In this document: positions 1 to 12,329 of the stretch, in pieces
Layout of the letters: every line of letters begins with the position of its first letter
How positions within the stretch are numbered: the first letter of the stretch is position 1
Source: Takakia lepidozioides
Taxonomy: Eukaryota; Plantae; Bryophyta
Length of the DNA stretch: 64,000 nucleotides
NCBI GenBank assembly: GCA_030704615.1
Contig: CM060732.1
Coordinates: forward strand, 2,666,001-2,730,000
Reading direction: 5' to 3'
Translations under genes and position numbers: made by a program
Notes under the pieces: model-generated
What the model was told of the DNA's origin: nothing
Seen by the model: the letters and a program-made list of their open reading frames with translations, nothing else
Database searches by the model: none

Positions 1-239
1 CTTGGGTTCGAAAGGGTTGGACGAAAGTGTCTCCTCGTGGAGTTTGCGTCATTACGAAATTCGAATCGTTCAGGGTACGCCTGCCGTCCGAAAAACAAAC
101 ATCATTATCCAACGGTCAGGCCGCGCCGCCTCATGCCCCTTCAGTCAGATAGAGTGCCGACATGTGCAGCAATTCCGTTGCTCCACGTGTTCACATTTCA
201 AGGCATTTCCGTCCCAGCGTCTGATGAGTTGGAGCGAAA

Positions 240-1720
240 ATGCGAATGCGGCGCCGCATTTCCGTTAAGTACCATCACGAAGCTACACATCCGTACTTGT
301 TGGAAGAAAACCGCACCCATTCCGTTCCACACATACCTTAGTTGTTGAACGGAATACGGTGCCGCATTTCCGTCCCACAGCTCCATGTATGAGATTACAA
401 AAGGGAAATGCGGCGCCGCATTTCCGTTCTGGAATGTCGAAAGGTGCGATTCGGACGGAAATGAGGCACAACATTTCAGTTCCCGTGGTTCATGATTTTC
501 AATGTGAACGGAAATGCGGTACCGCATTTCCGTTCCCCTTCACATACGTTAGTTGATGAACGGAAATGCCGTGCCACATTTCCGTTCGGGAAAGTATAGA
601 GGTCTCACCTGGACAGAAATGCGGTGCGCATTTCCGGTCTGGAAAGTTTGAAGGTCTCACATGGATGGAAATGCGGCACACATTTCCGTAGCACAGCTCC
701 AGGCCCATATACAAAACGGAAATGCGGCGCCGCATTTCCGTTCTAGAATGTCGGAAGGTGCGACTCGGACGGAAATGCGGTGCCGCATTTCTGTTCCCGT
801 TGCGCACGATTTTCAGTCAGAACGGAAATGCGGTACCGCATTTCCGTTCTGTAGAGTATTAACGTCTGACGCTGGCGGAAATGCTGTGCCGCATTTTCGT
901 TCCACAGCTCCATGCCTCACATACAAAACGGAAATGCGGCGCCGCATTTCCGTTTCACTCCGACGGAAATGCGTTTCACGATTTCAGGGAACGGAAATGC
1001 GGTGCCGCATTTTCGTTCTGGAATGTTGGAGGTGCGACTCGGATGGAAATGCGCTGCCGCATTTCAGTTCCGATGGTTCACGATTTTCAGTCAGAACGGA
1101 ATGCGGTCGCATTTCCGTTCTGGATGAATGTCTCAAGCGGTCGGAATTGCGCTGTTCAAGCTGTCGGAATCGCACTCGGCTCCAGCATCAGATACAAAAA
1201 TGGAAATGCGGCGCCGCATTTCCGTTCTGGAATGTCGGAAAGTGCGACTCGGAAGAAATGCGGTGCCGCATTTCTGTTCCCGTTGTTCATAATTCTCAAT
1301 CAGAACGGAATGCGGTACCGCATTTCCGTTCCACCTTCACATACGTGCCGGTCATTTCCGTTATGGAGAGTATGAATGTCTTTTAAGGACGGAAATGTGC
1401 TGCAGCATTTCTATCCCTCAGCTCCATGCATCAGATACAAAATGGAAATGCGGCGCCGCATTTCCGTTCTGGAATGTCGGAAAAGTGCGACTCGGACGGA
1501 AATGCGGTGCCGCATTTCTGTTCCCGTTGTTCAAATCTCAATCAGAACGGAAATGCGGTACCGCATTTCCGTTCCACCTTCACATACCGTGCTTGCTGGA
1601 TGGAAATGCGTTACCGCATTTCCGTTCTGGAGAGTATAAAGGTTTCCCCGGACGGAAACTCGGTCCGCATTTCCGTCGCTCTGGTGCATGACCAAGAGCA
1701 ATACGGAAATGCGGCGCCGT
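240..1720. repeat. Array of 22-bp palindromes GGAAATGCGG(C/T)(G/A)CCGCATTTCC with ~30-bp spacers, ~53-bp period
   Basis: Palindrome starts at 351, 404, 457, 510, 562, 615, 667, 718, 771, 824, 877, 930. Spacers recur in higher-order units of 4-5 monomers. Confidence 0.95.
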
Positions 1721-2142
1721 ATTTTCCGTCCACCAGCAATCGAAAGAATCACTCGGGACGGGAAATCTGGAACCTCAATGGGTTGCATTGTTCCGAAACA
1801 ACACATTGCGGCCAGTCTTGATGAGCACAACTTGGTTGTCTGACCGTTTTAACACAGTCCTGGCACTTGTCAGTGCGAACGTTCCTGTCTGCACCGAGAA
1901 TACTGCTGGATCCACCCTCAGGAGAAACTGTCAGGAGATGTTATTTCGTCGCCGAATCGGGCCATCATTGTCATACTTACTGGCTATGGAATCAAACCTC
2001 CCACCTTCATGCATGTAGCTTGAAACAATACTTTCCACTTCAATGTGCGACTTCCAATCGTCGATGGACTCCGCATGGTGCCTGTGAGCCTTGGTCTGTC
2101 GCTATACTGAACCTCGCACTTGCCAACTCCGTGCGGTGTTCG

Positions 2143-5100
2143 ATGGCTCCGAATTCCTACGCTATAGTTTGCTGTCCTCCGCAACTTGGGAGAGCCTGGA
2201 TCCCAAACGAGGGAGGACTTTGCAGAGTGACTGAAACTTACCTTTGTTCCAAATTCAAGCTCAAACCGGGCACAGTTTATTTGGAAGAAGAAAGGAAGGA
2301 TGTTCCTGGACAGGTTGACGAGACCATTGTCGTGCTAGGTAACGACGGAGGTTGCGGAATCGAATGGCACGTTCCCCCGTCAGACACCATCCTGTACCGA
2401 GCTGTGGGAATGCCCATTCCCTTTCCGAATCAGTCGCTGCCCACACCATCCACAAAGGAGTCCGGAAACCGAGAGGCGGCCACTGCCAACAGAGGTATGC
2501 AACGATAATCATTCCCGACCTGGACCGTCAAGACCCTCCATAGCTTCTCGTGTGGACGTATTCGACATTTCCGACGAGGAAGATGATTGCATTGAGGTAC
2601 CCATGTCCTCCACACGGTCGTTCAAATCCGGCATGGACGTCTCTGTAGGTGCTACGCATGTGCCCTCGAGCATAACTCCAACCCGGTCCATTGTGCAGCT
2701 CCTACGACAACATCACCTCGATGGTTCTCGCTCCGAGCTGGCTGCTCTCGACTATGCCAAATTCCCAGTCAGAAAGGTAACGTTTCTGCCTCCCGAAGTC
2801 GATGGCAATGTCATCTTCGAGTTTCCACCTGTTTCTTCGTCAAACAAAGCCTCCGGGATGTTAACAGACATGGATCGAAAGCATGACGGACACCCCTGGT
2901 GTGTGACGAAGACCAGTAGCACGAAAATTGCTGATGGTGTTCGTGTACGATATGTCCTCTGTGCGGGGAAGCTGAGGTGCCTCAATCCCACCTGCTTCCA
3001 CTTTCTCTCCAAAGGAGGGCGGAGAAACGAGACGGATTGGACTGGCACAACGCATCATCCATTCATTGTCTCCAGCCAAGCTCCTGCGGGTTCTTTCAAG
3101 TGTGCACATTGCAAAGAACCACCGACGTGCATGTCCATGTGCAGAGCCAAGCAATATTACGTAATCCATTTGCTCCCGGACTTGACTAGAGCTTGCATAC
3201 ACGTTGGGGTCCACTGCCACCCTTGGCGAGAGGCAACATGCGTGAGGCTGTGCAGGAAGCACACGACATCATAAAAGAGGAGGTGAAATTGAGCCCCGGA
3301 GCCAGACCAAAGCAGATTCAGCTGAAGGCAGCCCACAAGATTGCTCTTGGCAAAATCATGTCTGAAGATGGTTCCGACCGAGAGCCCTTGACCGAAGACG
3401 AGATGCGTGACCTCTTGGAGTCCGTCTCGCACGTTTGTAGTCCGAATGTGCGGAATCACATCGTATCTTGCAAGCAGGAGTTCGGCAGGGGGTCGGACAT
3501 GTACTCAATCCTGGAGTGAAACGAATGACTGGATATGACTACATCCAAGGTAGCAGGTTTCCAGGGCAAGGCAGCGAATCCGATCGTTGTTACATTTTCA
3601 AAATGTCGACGTGTGGGCCTGGGAGTGGAGTCGACTTGGTCACTCGCATGACAACTGGAAACTTGTCGAATGCTTGGGTGATGTTTGATCACATCAAGCG
3701 AATTACAAACCATCAGTGGGTGACTATGGGTGCGCATGTTTATGACTATCACTCCAAGAGGCTCATGACGATTGCAATCTGCGAGATGAAAGGGGAGGAC
3801 ACACAGTCCGAGATGCATCTGTGGGAGGGCATAAACGAGCAGATGGCAAGGGCGGGATTGCCAGAGCCCAATTTCAGGGGATTCATGGCAGACAACGCTC
3901 AGGCCAACTGGGCAGCGGTGCGGCGTGTGTACGGTGAGGACCCCAATGTTCCAATGGAGGGGAAAGAGAGATCCTGTGGATTCCATTGGATGCAGAGTCT
4001 ATCCCACTACACTACCAATTTGTTGCTAGCTCATTCCAGGCTGAACACCGTGTCCTTTGTACGGCGTGGAAGGATGCACCCACATTTGATGACGCGGAGG
4101 TTAAGTTTGCTATCATCGAGGCTTGGTGGAACACGTCAGGTGCAGTGGAGACAACCAATCTGGGAGCATTGCACAGCTGGTTGGGGTGGTGGCATTTTCG
4201 GTATCGACAGTTCGGACAGTACATGCGGGAGGTAGGCTGCTGTCAATTTCGTTCATTTGTCTTTCTGTTACGGACATTTCGATTGGTCCCTCACCATTGT
4301 TTGTGTCCTTCTAGGAGCGGTGCTTGGATTCCGACACGGACATGCCGAACACGAATATGGCAGAATCGGTCCACTCCTCCTGGCGAGCGTCTTCTGCCGC
4401 ACATCTGGTGGACGTAGTGACGGCCACAACGGAGGACATCGACAGAGCAATCATGCAGCAAGCCACGTACTACAAGTTCCTGAGCGGCAAACAATGGGGC
4501 TTTGGGCCGGACAGGGAGGAATTGTTGGTACGAACAGCTTCGAGGTCCAAGAATCCAGTGAAATGGGCGACAGCATTGCGAGAGAAGATCAAAGGGACGC
4601 CTCTGCACCGCAGAGGTGAACACCTAGAGGGGGACGTCCGGACTCGCCCTGTCAGGCGGAGGATTGAAGAGGAACCCGGGTGCGAAGAGGATTCCTGGAG
4701 ATCCGACAGGAACATTCGGACAGCACCTCGAGGTCCCGTCATGTTGCCGCACAATGTGTCTTCCAGCAGTGGAAGCCCAAGAAATTCCAGATCGCCGTCG
4801 CCTTCAACCGGGGATTTCGTGCAAAAAATTCCCACCGCTCCCTTGCCCCAGATTCCGCCCGCTGTTATGCAGTATGGCCAAGCCATTGTGGAGACGACTG
4901 TGTCTGCATCACAGTGGAGAATTGCTCGCACAAAGCCGTCGTTTCGAGGAAGGTGTTCCGCAATTCGTGTGGATACATACACGGCAACGTTGTTTAGAGA
5001 TGATAAGGAGGAATCCAGATGGGGCTGTCCCTGCTCCTACTTTTACAGGAAGATTTGTCCATGCAAAGTTTGCGGAGGCGACAACCACCCAGTTCTGGTT

Positions 5101-5746
5101 CTGCAGGCACGACATTATGACTTGCGTGTATGGAAAGCCCAAGTACGGCATACAAACAATGCCAGAGGCTCCCCCGGTGTGGCCGGGAACCAGGCTGCGA
5201 TCTGAGTCAGGTTGAGGCCGACGCCCTTACCGCCGCAGGATTTCGGATGGTGCAGCGCACTGACGTCCCCAGACAACCATTTCCGCTTCCACAGCCTCCA
5301 CCACCGACCCCTGTGAGAGCAAGAACAATGGGACACGACAGCTCTAAGCATCCTACACACCGTTGGGGGAAACCGAAGAGGCGGCGACCTCCCTCAAAAG
5401 TGAACGAGACAAGGATGGGGAATGCACTTCGGATGAACTGTACAATCCAGAGCTCGACAGAAGTGCCCCCACCAGGATTCGGGCGTGTGTATCAGATGGC
5501 CACGGCGGGCTCAGCTGTTCGCAATGAGGTGTACACCATCACCATTTCAGAATTACCCACCTGCAATTGCACCGACTTCCAGATCATGGCGAACAAGGGG
5601 GCATCATACTGCCCTTGCAAGCATTGTACTACGTGTACCTAAAGAGACTCCGTTGTAATTCCACAACTCATCACTTCATACATGCACCAGGGTTGAGCCC
5701 CCAGGAGGTTCACACTCTTCTGAATATGGATCCAGGGGACCAGTGA
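2143..5746 (+). pseudogene. MULE transposase: GCM/WRKY-like Zn domain, DDE core, C-terminal SWIM finger; frameshifted
   Basis: GCM-like DGHPW...CAGKLRCLNPTC...CAHC...C...HVGVHCHP. DDE core WVMFD, GFMAD, CGFH (CxxH), TNMAESVH. SWIM CNCTDF...CPCKH. In-frame GT-AG intron 4232-4314. Several 1-bp frameshifts. Confidence 0.88.
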
Positions 5747-6494
5747 GCTTGGCTTGCGGTCCCATACAATGGTACGCCCATCCTTTTCGGATAGTAGAAC
5801 TGTACTGCTGCCAGTACCTCAGACTCTGGCCACAGAAAGGTCCGACATATGTCTTGCCTACCAGTAACCTGTTTTGCTCGAACTAAGATATTACTATATC
5901 GTTCACTTGTTTCCACGTGCATGTATTTTTGTATGTTGGAGGGTTCATGTTTTTCTGCTTTCCGAAAACTTGCTTTCCTCATTCGACCTCCGACAAGGAA
6001 ATGCGGCGCCGCATTTTCCAAGTATCGTCGTGTACCCCCAGAGGCGGCCTTCGCCAACACCAAACCGCTCCGAAATTTCGCACGTGCGAACCCTAATGCG
6101 GCACCCTATTTCCCAGTTCAGTTGCAAACCTTTCCCGCCGAATACCCGAAGAAGACAGAATTGTGAAGTACTGCAGACTGTATTGGTGCAGACTCCATTG
6201 GTTCAATCGTGGCAAAAGGGTCAGCTTCATTCCAATGTTAAGGCATGTAAAACCGCGGAATACTCTATACAGGCCAGTATGCGACGTCCTTTTGCAGTGG
6301 TATACTGGATTTCCCGTTGCACGGTCACTTATTTCCATGAGCGGATCTAAAAAACCATGAGCGGACTTGTTACTGACGACATATCTTCGCCGCATTACAT
6401 GATCTGGAACGTCCAAAAACGGCAAGGTCAAATAAAAAAACTATTATTTTAATACTTGTTTAATCTGCCGCATTTCCAAATTTGGAGGAGTCCG

Positions 6495-6596
6495 CTCATG
6501 AAATCCGCGTATCTTAGACTTCGGCTCACCGCTCATGCGGCTCATGCGGCTCATGGCTCATGGCTCATGGTTTCTGCTCATGAAATAGTAAACCTC
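6495..6596 (+). repeat. Right TIR (6576-6596) with tandem subterminal GCTCATG motifs
   Basis: Repeated GCTCATG leading to ...GAAATAGTAAACCTC; near-inverted copy of the left end GGGGGCTGCTATTTCATGAGC. Confidence 0.85.
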
Positions 6597-8506
6597 ATGA
6601 ATGCCAAATGATTTTCATCCCTATCTAGATGTCATCCCTGGCGGATGACACAGGGATGAAAAATCGGGATTTTATCAACCGTTTGTTGATGGAGCTCATC
6701 CCGTGCGGATGAAATCGCGGGAAATAGCTTCATCTCCTCCCTGCCCTAATTTTATGCACGACAATCGTGCTTAAGGTTTGCTGGAACTGAGGGATGGTGG
6801 CGGAGTGCGCATTGAGCCCGATTCAGGGCCTTTGATTACTATGGTGTTGCGTAATTAAGGTCTGCAGGGTTTCTGGCAAGATTCCAGTACTTTCTTCCTC
6901 TCTTGGGGTGCGCAATGGCGGCAGTGCCTTCAATTTCCCTGTGGCGGTTGTCTCTCATGTTGGCGGGCAATCTACTCAGCTTGTGATCGTTTGTTGTGCC
7001 CTTCATTGATCATTAAGATACAGCGGCGCATCTTAAGACCTCAGGGAAGTGCATGAACCTGTTAAAATGCTTGGGCAATCCACTCTTTTTGTGTTTTGTT
7101 GTTTGTTGGTCTGGGGAGCCATTTTGCAGGCTTCTCTTCCGCAAACCATCAAGGTGATGGCTTGTTTATGCTCTGATTTCTTTCTACTCCTGCTTTGGAA
7201 TGCATGTTGTACAGCGATAACAAGCGTGAGACCTGTGATTCACCTGGGGTTCCACAATCCTTACTAACCTGTCGGTTTTGTGGGGGCTTGTGATGGGACC
7301 AGGTGAGGGTCCTCACTTAATATGATTCTTTGAGCTTGAAGTTGAATGAAATCGAGCTACTGATGCGACGCCGCAACTTCTGTATCTTTGGGGGAGAAGA
7401 CCTCTTTCTGCCTCTTGCATTGATCTTTCTGGCCTTTGTTCTTAACCTTCTATGGTGGACAACGATTCATTAGGATATTTCTCTCTTGTTCCCTGTGGCC
7501 TTCTGTTGTGACACCGGAGCAATTATATGACGAGCTGGCTGCTAAGATATCTAGTACCAAGCAGCAAAGTGGGGAAGCTCTGTTTTTGACCAAACAGTGT
7601 CCTTATTGTAAACCTCGGAAAGCCTGGATTCTGTTACGAGCAGCTGTTTTAGGACATTTGGTGCCATGCAAAATTGTAGGGTGGCTCTTCTTCGACCAGA
7701 TAATGTCTTTGGTTACAAGCCCCTGGATGCTTGGCTTTTTTAATGGACAATGTCCATGGTGGTAAGCACTTGCTGGCTGTTAAGAAGTTGATTCAGGCCC
7801 TGTGTTCATGTTGCCTTAGGATAAATATGTCGTGGCAGCTTACTAGCCTGTTGGAATGAACAAATCAGACCCCGTGATACTACTCTATGATGGTAAACTG
7901 ATTAGAAAAATATCTGCAATTTTAATATGGTGTTTGTGTTACCAAAACAGATTGGAATTCGTTTTCCAGCGTGCAATGTAGACATTGGTGGTAATTGTAG
8001 CAATCTGAATACTTGCTTGCTATTCAACACCTTGTTAACGCATTTATACACTAGCCCAGACCTAAACCAGGTCGTGGGACAAAAAACAAGGTATCTGGTT
8101 ATACCCTAGTGTGTAATTTGCTTTAGAAAATGTCTGCAGCTCTGATATGGTGAAGGTGTTAAACAAAACAAAGCTGGAACTTTTTCCAGGCTTTCAATGT
8201 AATCGAGGGTGGCAATTTTGGCAAGCTGAACACTTATTCTTGCTATGCACAGTTGTAATATTCCATATGAAACATACCCAAACATGTAACACTTGTTTGG
8301 GTCCCTGTTTTGCTAAAATAAAGCTGATTTATATAGGGGGGTTTCTTTATGAAATCCCCCCCCCCCCCGCCCCCCATTCATTTCATTTACTTTGAAATCA
8401 GATGTATGCCTTTTTAAGACTGGTTTTTGAATGAAGGATGATTGATAATGCCTTGTTATGAGGCTGATTTGTCGTTAATTTGACAAAGACCTTGTTTGGT
8501 CTTGTC
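6597..8506 (+). mobile_element. Diverged fragment of the non-coding leader of the Penelope-like element, lying between two MULE ends
   Basis: Colinear conserved blocks shared with 14390-15938, e.g. GCATGTTGTACAGCGATAACAAGCGTGAG, TTCACCTGGGGTTCCACA and TGACAAAGACCTTGTTTGGTCTTGTC. The uninterrupted site is visible at ~15930-15953. Confidence 0.75.
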
Positions 8507-8968
8507 GGGGGCTGCTATTTCATGAGCCATGAGCCATGAGCGGCATGAGCCATGAGCAAAGTCGTAAGTGTGGAAAAAAACATGAGCAGCACTATTTTCC
8601 GGAAATGAGTGTCCGCGGGAATAGGGTTTAGGGTGCCACGGTCATAGGGGAGAAGGACCTCCCGATGAAGGAGGTTCGGCAATGTTATTTAGAATTATAT
8701 ATTGAAAGGCAATGTTTCGCGAATGGAAGGGTGGTACTGCTCTGTACAATGGGGGCCCATTTCAGCCTACCAGCCACTTGCAAAATCCACCCACACTCCC
8801 AATCCCAAACGAAATGAGCAATGACGCATTCTCGAAACGATGGACACAGAATAGAATAAAAAGAGGGCACAATGAGGTTTTTATTGATCCACATGAATTG
8901 CATTTGAAGCACGTCTACTGTGCTGATTGTGCAATCAAATCTTTAGCCCTGTGCCTACTGAATACAAG

Positions 8969-9420
8969 TCACGTGTTGTCAATGGGACTTCGACTGCTCA
9001 GAACTAGCTCATGGGTCATGGGGCTCCTCCAGGTAAAGTCGATTGCAGCCGTTGTACCGCCCCTAGTGATGTTCACCACAATGTCCTGCCCTTCAATCAT
9101 ACCACCATCGAATATGGAAATCTTCACGTTTTCGTCGTCCACACCAATGCGAATGTCCCCATACAATGGAGAAGAGGAGCGCACTCCGTCAGGAGAATAG
9201 GTCTCTCCGATGAGTCCACCCACGTCCAGTGGCAGCAGTTCCACCGCAACAGCATAGCAGTGCGCCTTCTTCTGCATGGGTGACCGTCGTAGCTGGGAAA
9301 AATCGGAATCGAGGATGCGCAGGAGCCACGGACTCCTCAGACCAAGATCGTCACCCCGCTCGAAGGCGTAGTGGCCTAGGATATACTCAAAAGCCACCAA
9401 TGTTTCCACAATCAAACCAG
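8969..9420 (-). pseudogene. 5'-truncated copy of MULE-A small unknown ORF (ORF-X1)
   Basis: Homologous to 31526-32063 (YGDIRIGVDDENVKISIFDGGMIEGQDIVV). Confidence 0.7.
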
Positions 9421-9428
9421 TATCGAAT

Positions 9429-9869
9429 GTGGAAACATTGTCCGCTTTTGAGTATATCCCAGGCCAGTACGCCTTTGAGCGGGGTGACGATCTTGGTTTG
9501 AGGAGTCCATGGCTCCTGCGCATCCTTGATTCTGATTTTCCCAGCTACGACGGGCACCCATGCAGAATAATGCGCACTGCTATGCTGTTGCGGTGGAACT
9601 GCTGCCAGTGGACGTGGGTGGACTCCATCGGAGAGACTTATACTCCTGAAGGAGTGCGCTCATCTTCTCCATTGTATGGGGACATTCACATTGGTGTGGA
9701 GGACAAAAACGTGAAGCTTTCCATATTCGATGGTGGTATGATTGAAGGGCACGACATTGTGGTGAACATCAACAGGGGCGGTACAACGGCTACAATCCAG
9801 TTTACCTGGAGGAGCCCGATGACTCATGAGCTAGTTCTCAGAGCAGTTGAAGTCCCATTGACAACGTGA
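9429..9869 (+). pseudogene. 5'-truncated inverted copy of ORF-X1 (remaining frame intact)
   Basis: FEYIPGQYAFERG...LLRWNCCQWTW...LVLRAVEVPLTT. Confidence 0.7.
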
Positions 9870-10348
9870 CTTGTATTCAGAAGGCACAGGGCTAAAGATT
9901 TGTTTGCACAATCAACACAGTAGACGTGCTTCAAATGCAATTCATGTGGATCAATAAAAACCCCATTGTGCCCTCTTTTTGTTCTATTTTGTATCCATCG
10001 TTCCCAGAATGCATCATTCCTCATTTCGTTTGGGATTGGGAGTGTGGGTGGATTTTGCAAGCGGCTGGTAGGCTGAAATGGGCCCCCATTATACAGAGCA
10101 GTACCACCCTACCATTCGTGAAACATTGCCTTTCAATATGTAATTCTAAAAAACATTGCCGAACCTCCTTCATCGGGAGGTCCTTCTCCCCCTATGACCG
10201 TGACACCCTAAACCCTATTCTCGCGGACACTCATTTCCGGAAAATAGTCCTGCTCATGTTTTTTTCGACACTTACGACTCTGCTCATGGCTCATGTCACT
10301 CATGGCTCATGCCGCTCATGGCTCATGGCTCATGAAATAGCAGCCCCC

Positions 10349-10861
10349 CCATGATTTCTTGCGAGGTGGGGTTGGTGGCAAGGGTCCGGACAAATTGGAG
10401 TTGATGTTGCGTGTTGCAAACAGATCTGGGGATCCAAGCAAGATAGCACGGGTGGTGAGTATGTATGCCCAGGGAACGCCACTTGTTTCAAGAATTCCAC
10501 ATCTTGAAGGGGAGGAGAGATTCGGCTCGTGTAAGAGGAAATTGAACACTCCACCTGGTCGGATTCTGATTCGCACAGGGCAGACCGTGATAACTTCTCG
10601 AAGCCTCTGTTCCCCTGCATAACAGATCCATGTCCGGAACCTCCTTTCTAGAGGAACCTCCAACACGACGGCAGGCTCCAGCATCAAACAGTGCCACTGA
10701 AATGGTGCAGGAGAGAAACAACCCCCTTGATGTGCTTGAGTCCGCATGCCCGGACCACGTTTGGCACATAGAACGCACAAGTGCAGGGTCTCGTGTGAAA
10801 TGTACAGCGATCAGGGCGACTAATTTCGAGAAGTGCACTTCATCTAGTTAGTAAACAGAGG
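10349..10861 (+). pseudogene. Fragment of a third, distantly related MULE transposase (post-DDE region)
   Basis: GPDKLELMLRVANRSGDP...GTPLVSRIPHLEG aligns with GPDREELLVRTASRSKNP...GTPLHRRGEHLEG. WHIERT...KCTAIR aligns with WRIART...RCSAIR. Confidence 0.75.
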
Positions 10862-12178
10862 GAGGTTTACTATTTCATGAGCAGAAACCATGAGCCATGA
10901 GCCATGAGCCGCATGAGCGGTGAGCCGAAGTCTAAGATACGCGGATTTCATGAGCGGACTCCTCCAAATTTGGAAAATGCGGCAGATTAAACAAGTATTA
11001 AAATAATAGTTTTAAATTTGACGTTGCCGTTTTTGGACGTTCCAGATCATGTAATGCGGCAAAGATATGTCGTCAGTAACAAGTCCGCTCATGGTTTTTT
11101 AGATCCGCTCATGGAAATAAGTGACCGTGCAACGGGAAATCCAGTATACCACTGCAAAAGGACGTCGCATACTGGCCTGTATAGAGTATTCCGCGGTTTT
11201 ACATGCCTTAACATTGGAATGAAGCTGACCCTTTTGCCGCGATTGAACCAATAGAGTCTGCAGTACTTCACAATTTTGTCATCTTCGGATATTCGGCGGG
11301 AAAGGTTTGCGACTCAACTGGGAAATAAGGTGCCGCATTAGGGTTCGCACGTGCGAAATTCCGGAGCGGTTTGGTGTTGGCGAAGGCCGCCTCTACCAGT
11401 ACCTACGACGATACTTGGAAATGCGGCGCCGCATTTCCTTATCGGAGGTCGAATGAGGAAAGCAAGTTTTCGGAAAGGAAAAGCAAAAAAACCCTCCAAC
11501 ATACAAAAATACATGCACGTGGAAACAAGTGAACGATATAGTAATATCTTAGTTCGAGCAAAACAGGTTACTGGTAGGCAAGACATATGTCGGACCTTTC
11601 TGTGGCCAGAGTCTGAGCTACTGGCAGCAGTACAGTTCTACTATCCGAAACGGATGGGCGTACCATTGTATTGGGACCGCAAGCCAAGCTCACTGGTCCC
11701 CTGGATCCATATTCAGAAGAGTGTGAACCTCCTGGGGGCTCAACCCTGGTGCATGTATGAAGTGATGAGTTGTGGAATTACAACGGAGTCTCTTTAGATA
11801 CACGTAGTACAAATGCTTGCAAGGGCAGTATGATGCCCCCTTGTTCGCCATGATCTGGAAGTCGGTGCAATTGCAGGTGGGTAATTCTGAAATGGTGATG
11901 GTGTACACCTCATTGTGAACAGCTGAGCCTGCCGTGGCCATCTGATACACACGCCCGAATCCTGGTGGGGGCACTTCTGTCGAGCTCTGGATTGTACAGT
12001 TCATCCGAAGTGCATTCCCCATCCTTGTCGTTCACTTTTGAGGGAGGTCGCCGCCTCTTTGGTTTCCCCCAACGGTGTGTAGGATGCTTAGAGCTGTCGT
12101 GTCCCATTGTTCTTGCTCTCACAGGGGTCGGTGGTGGAGGCTGTAGAAGCGGAAATGGTTGTCTGGGGACGTCAGTGC
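10862..12178 (-). mobile_element. Inverted MULE-A right end, including the SWIM-coding 3' end of the transposase (11690-12178)
   Basis: Reverse complement of ~5258-6596. Begins GAGGTTTACTATTTCATGAGC. Encodes CNCTDF...CPCKHLYYVY. Confidence 0.92.
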
Positions 12179-12329
12179 ATCGCGATTTGATCCCGCGGTG
12201 CGTCACGACACATACTACTTCCTTACCACTAGACTACTCCTAAAATTCTATAACCCCCTCCTGTAAGATTATATTTAAGGTGATATAAACCCCCCTCTAT
12301 ATGTTTAATGTTGTACATGGAGGGGTTTA

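Larger units (their letters stand above)
1..6596 (+). mobile_element. MULE (Mutator-like) subfamily A, right half: palindrome array, transposase, right terminus
   Basis: Ends in GCTCATGAAATAGTAAACCTC (6576-6596), the same terminus as 49886-49906 of the TSD-flanked element. Bases 1-42 match ~38994-39034, so this continues the architecture of the left half at 31063-39043. Confidence 0.85.
8507..10348. mobile_element. Fold-back made of two diverged MULE-A left ends joined internally (TIRs at both outer ends)
   Basis: Left TIR GGGGGCTGCTATTTCATGAGC at 8507 and its reverse complement ending at 10348. Arms of ~915 bp meet at ~9411-9427. No TSD (GGTCTTGTC vs CCATGATTT). Confidence 0.88.

Noticed and set aside
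240-1720. CRISPR array (palindromic repeat with constant-length spacers)
   Set aside because: Spacers recur in 4-5-monomer higher-order units, repeats are degenerate, there are no cas genes, and the context is an intron-containing eukaryotic transposon.
2495-2543. 49-nt GT-AG intron that would repair the transposase frame
   Set aside because: Phase-compatible but very short and not evident in the subfamily-B copy; left unannotated without RNA evidence.
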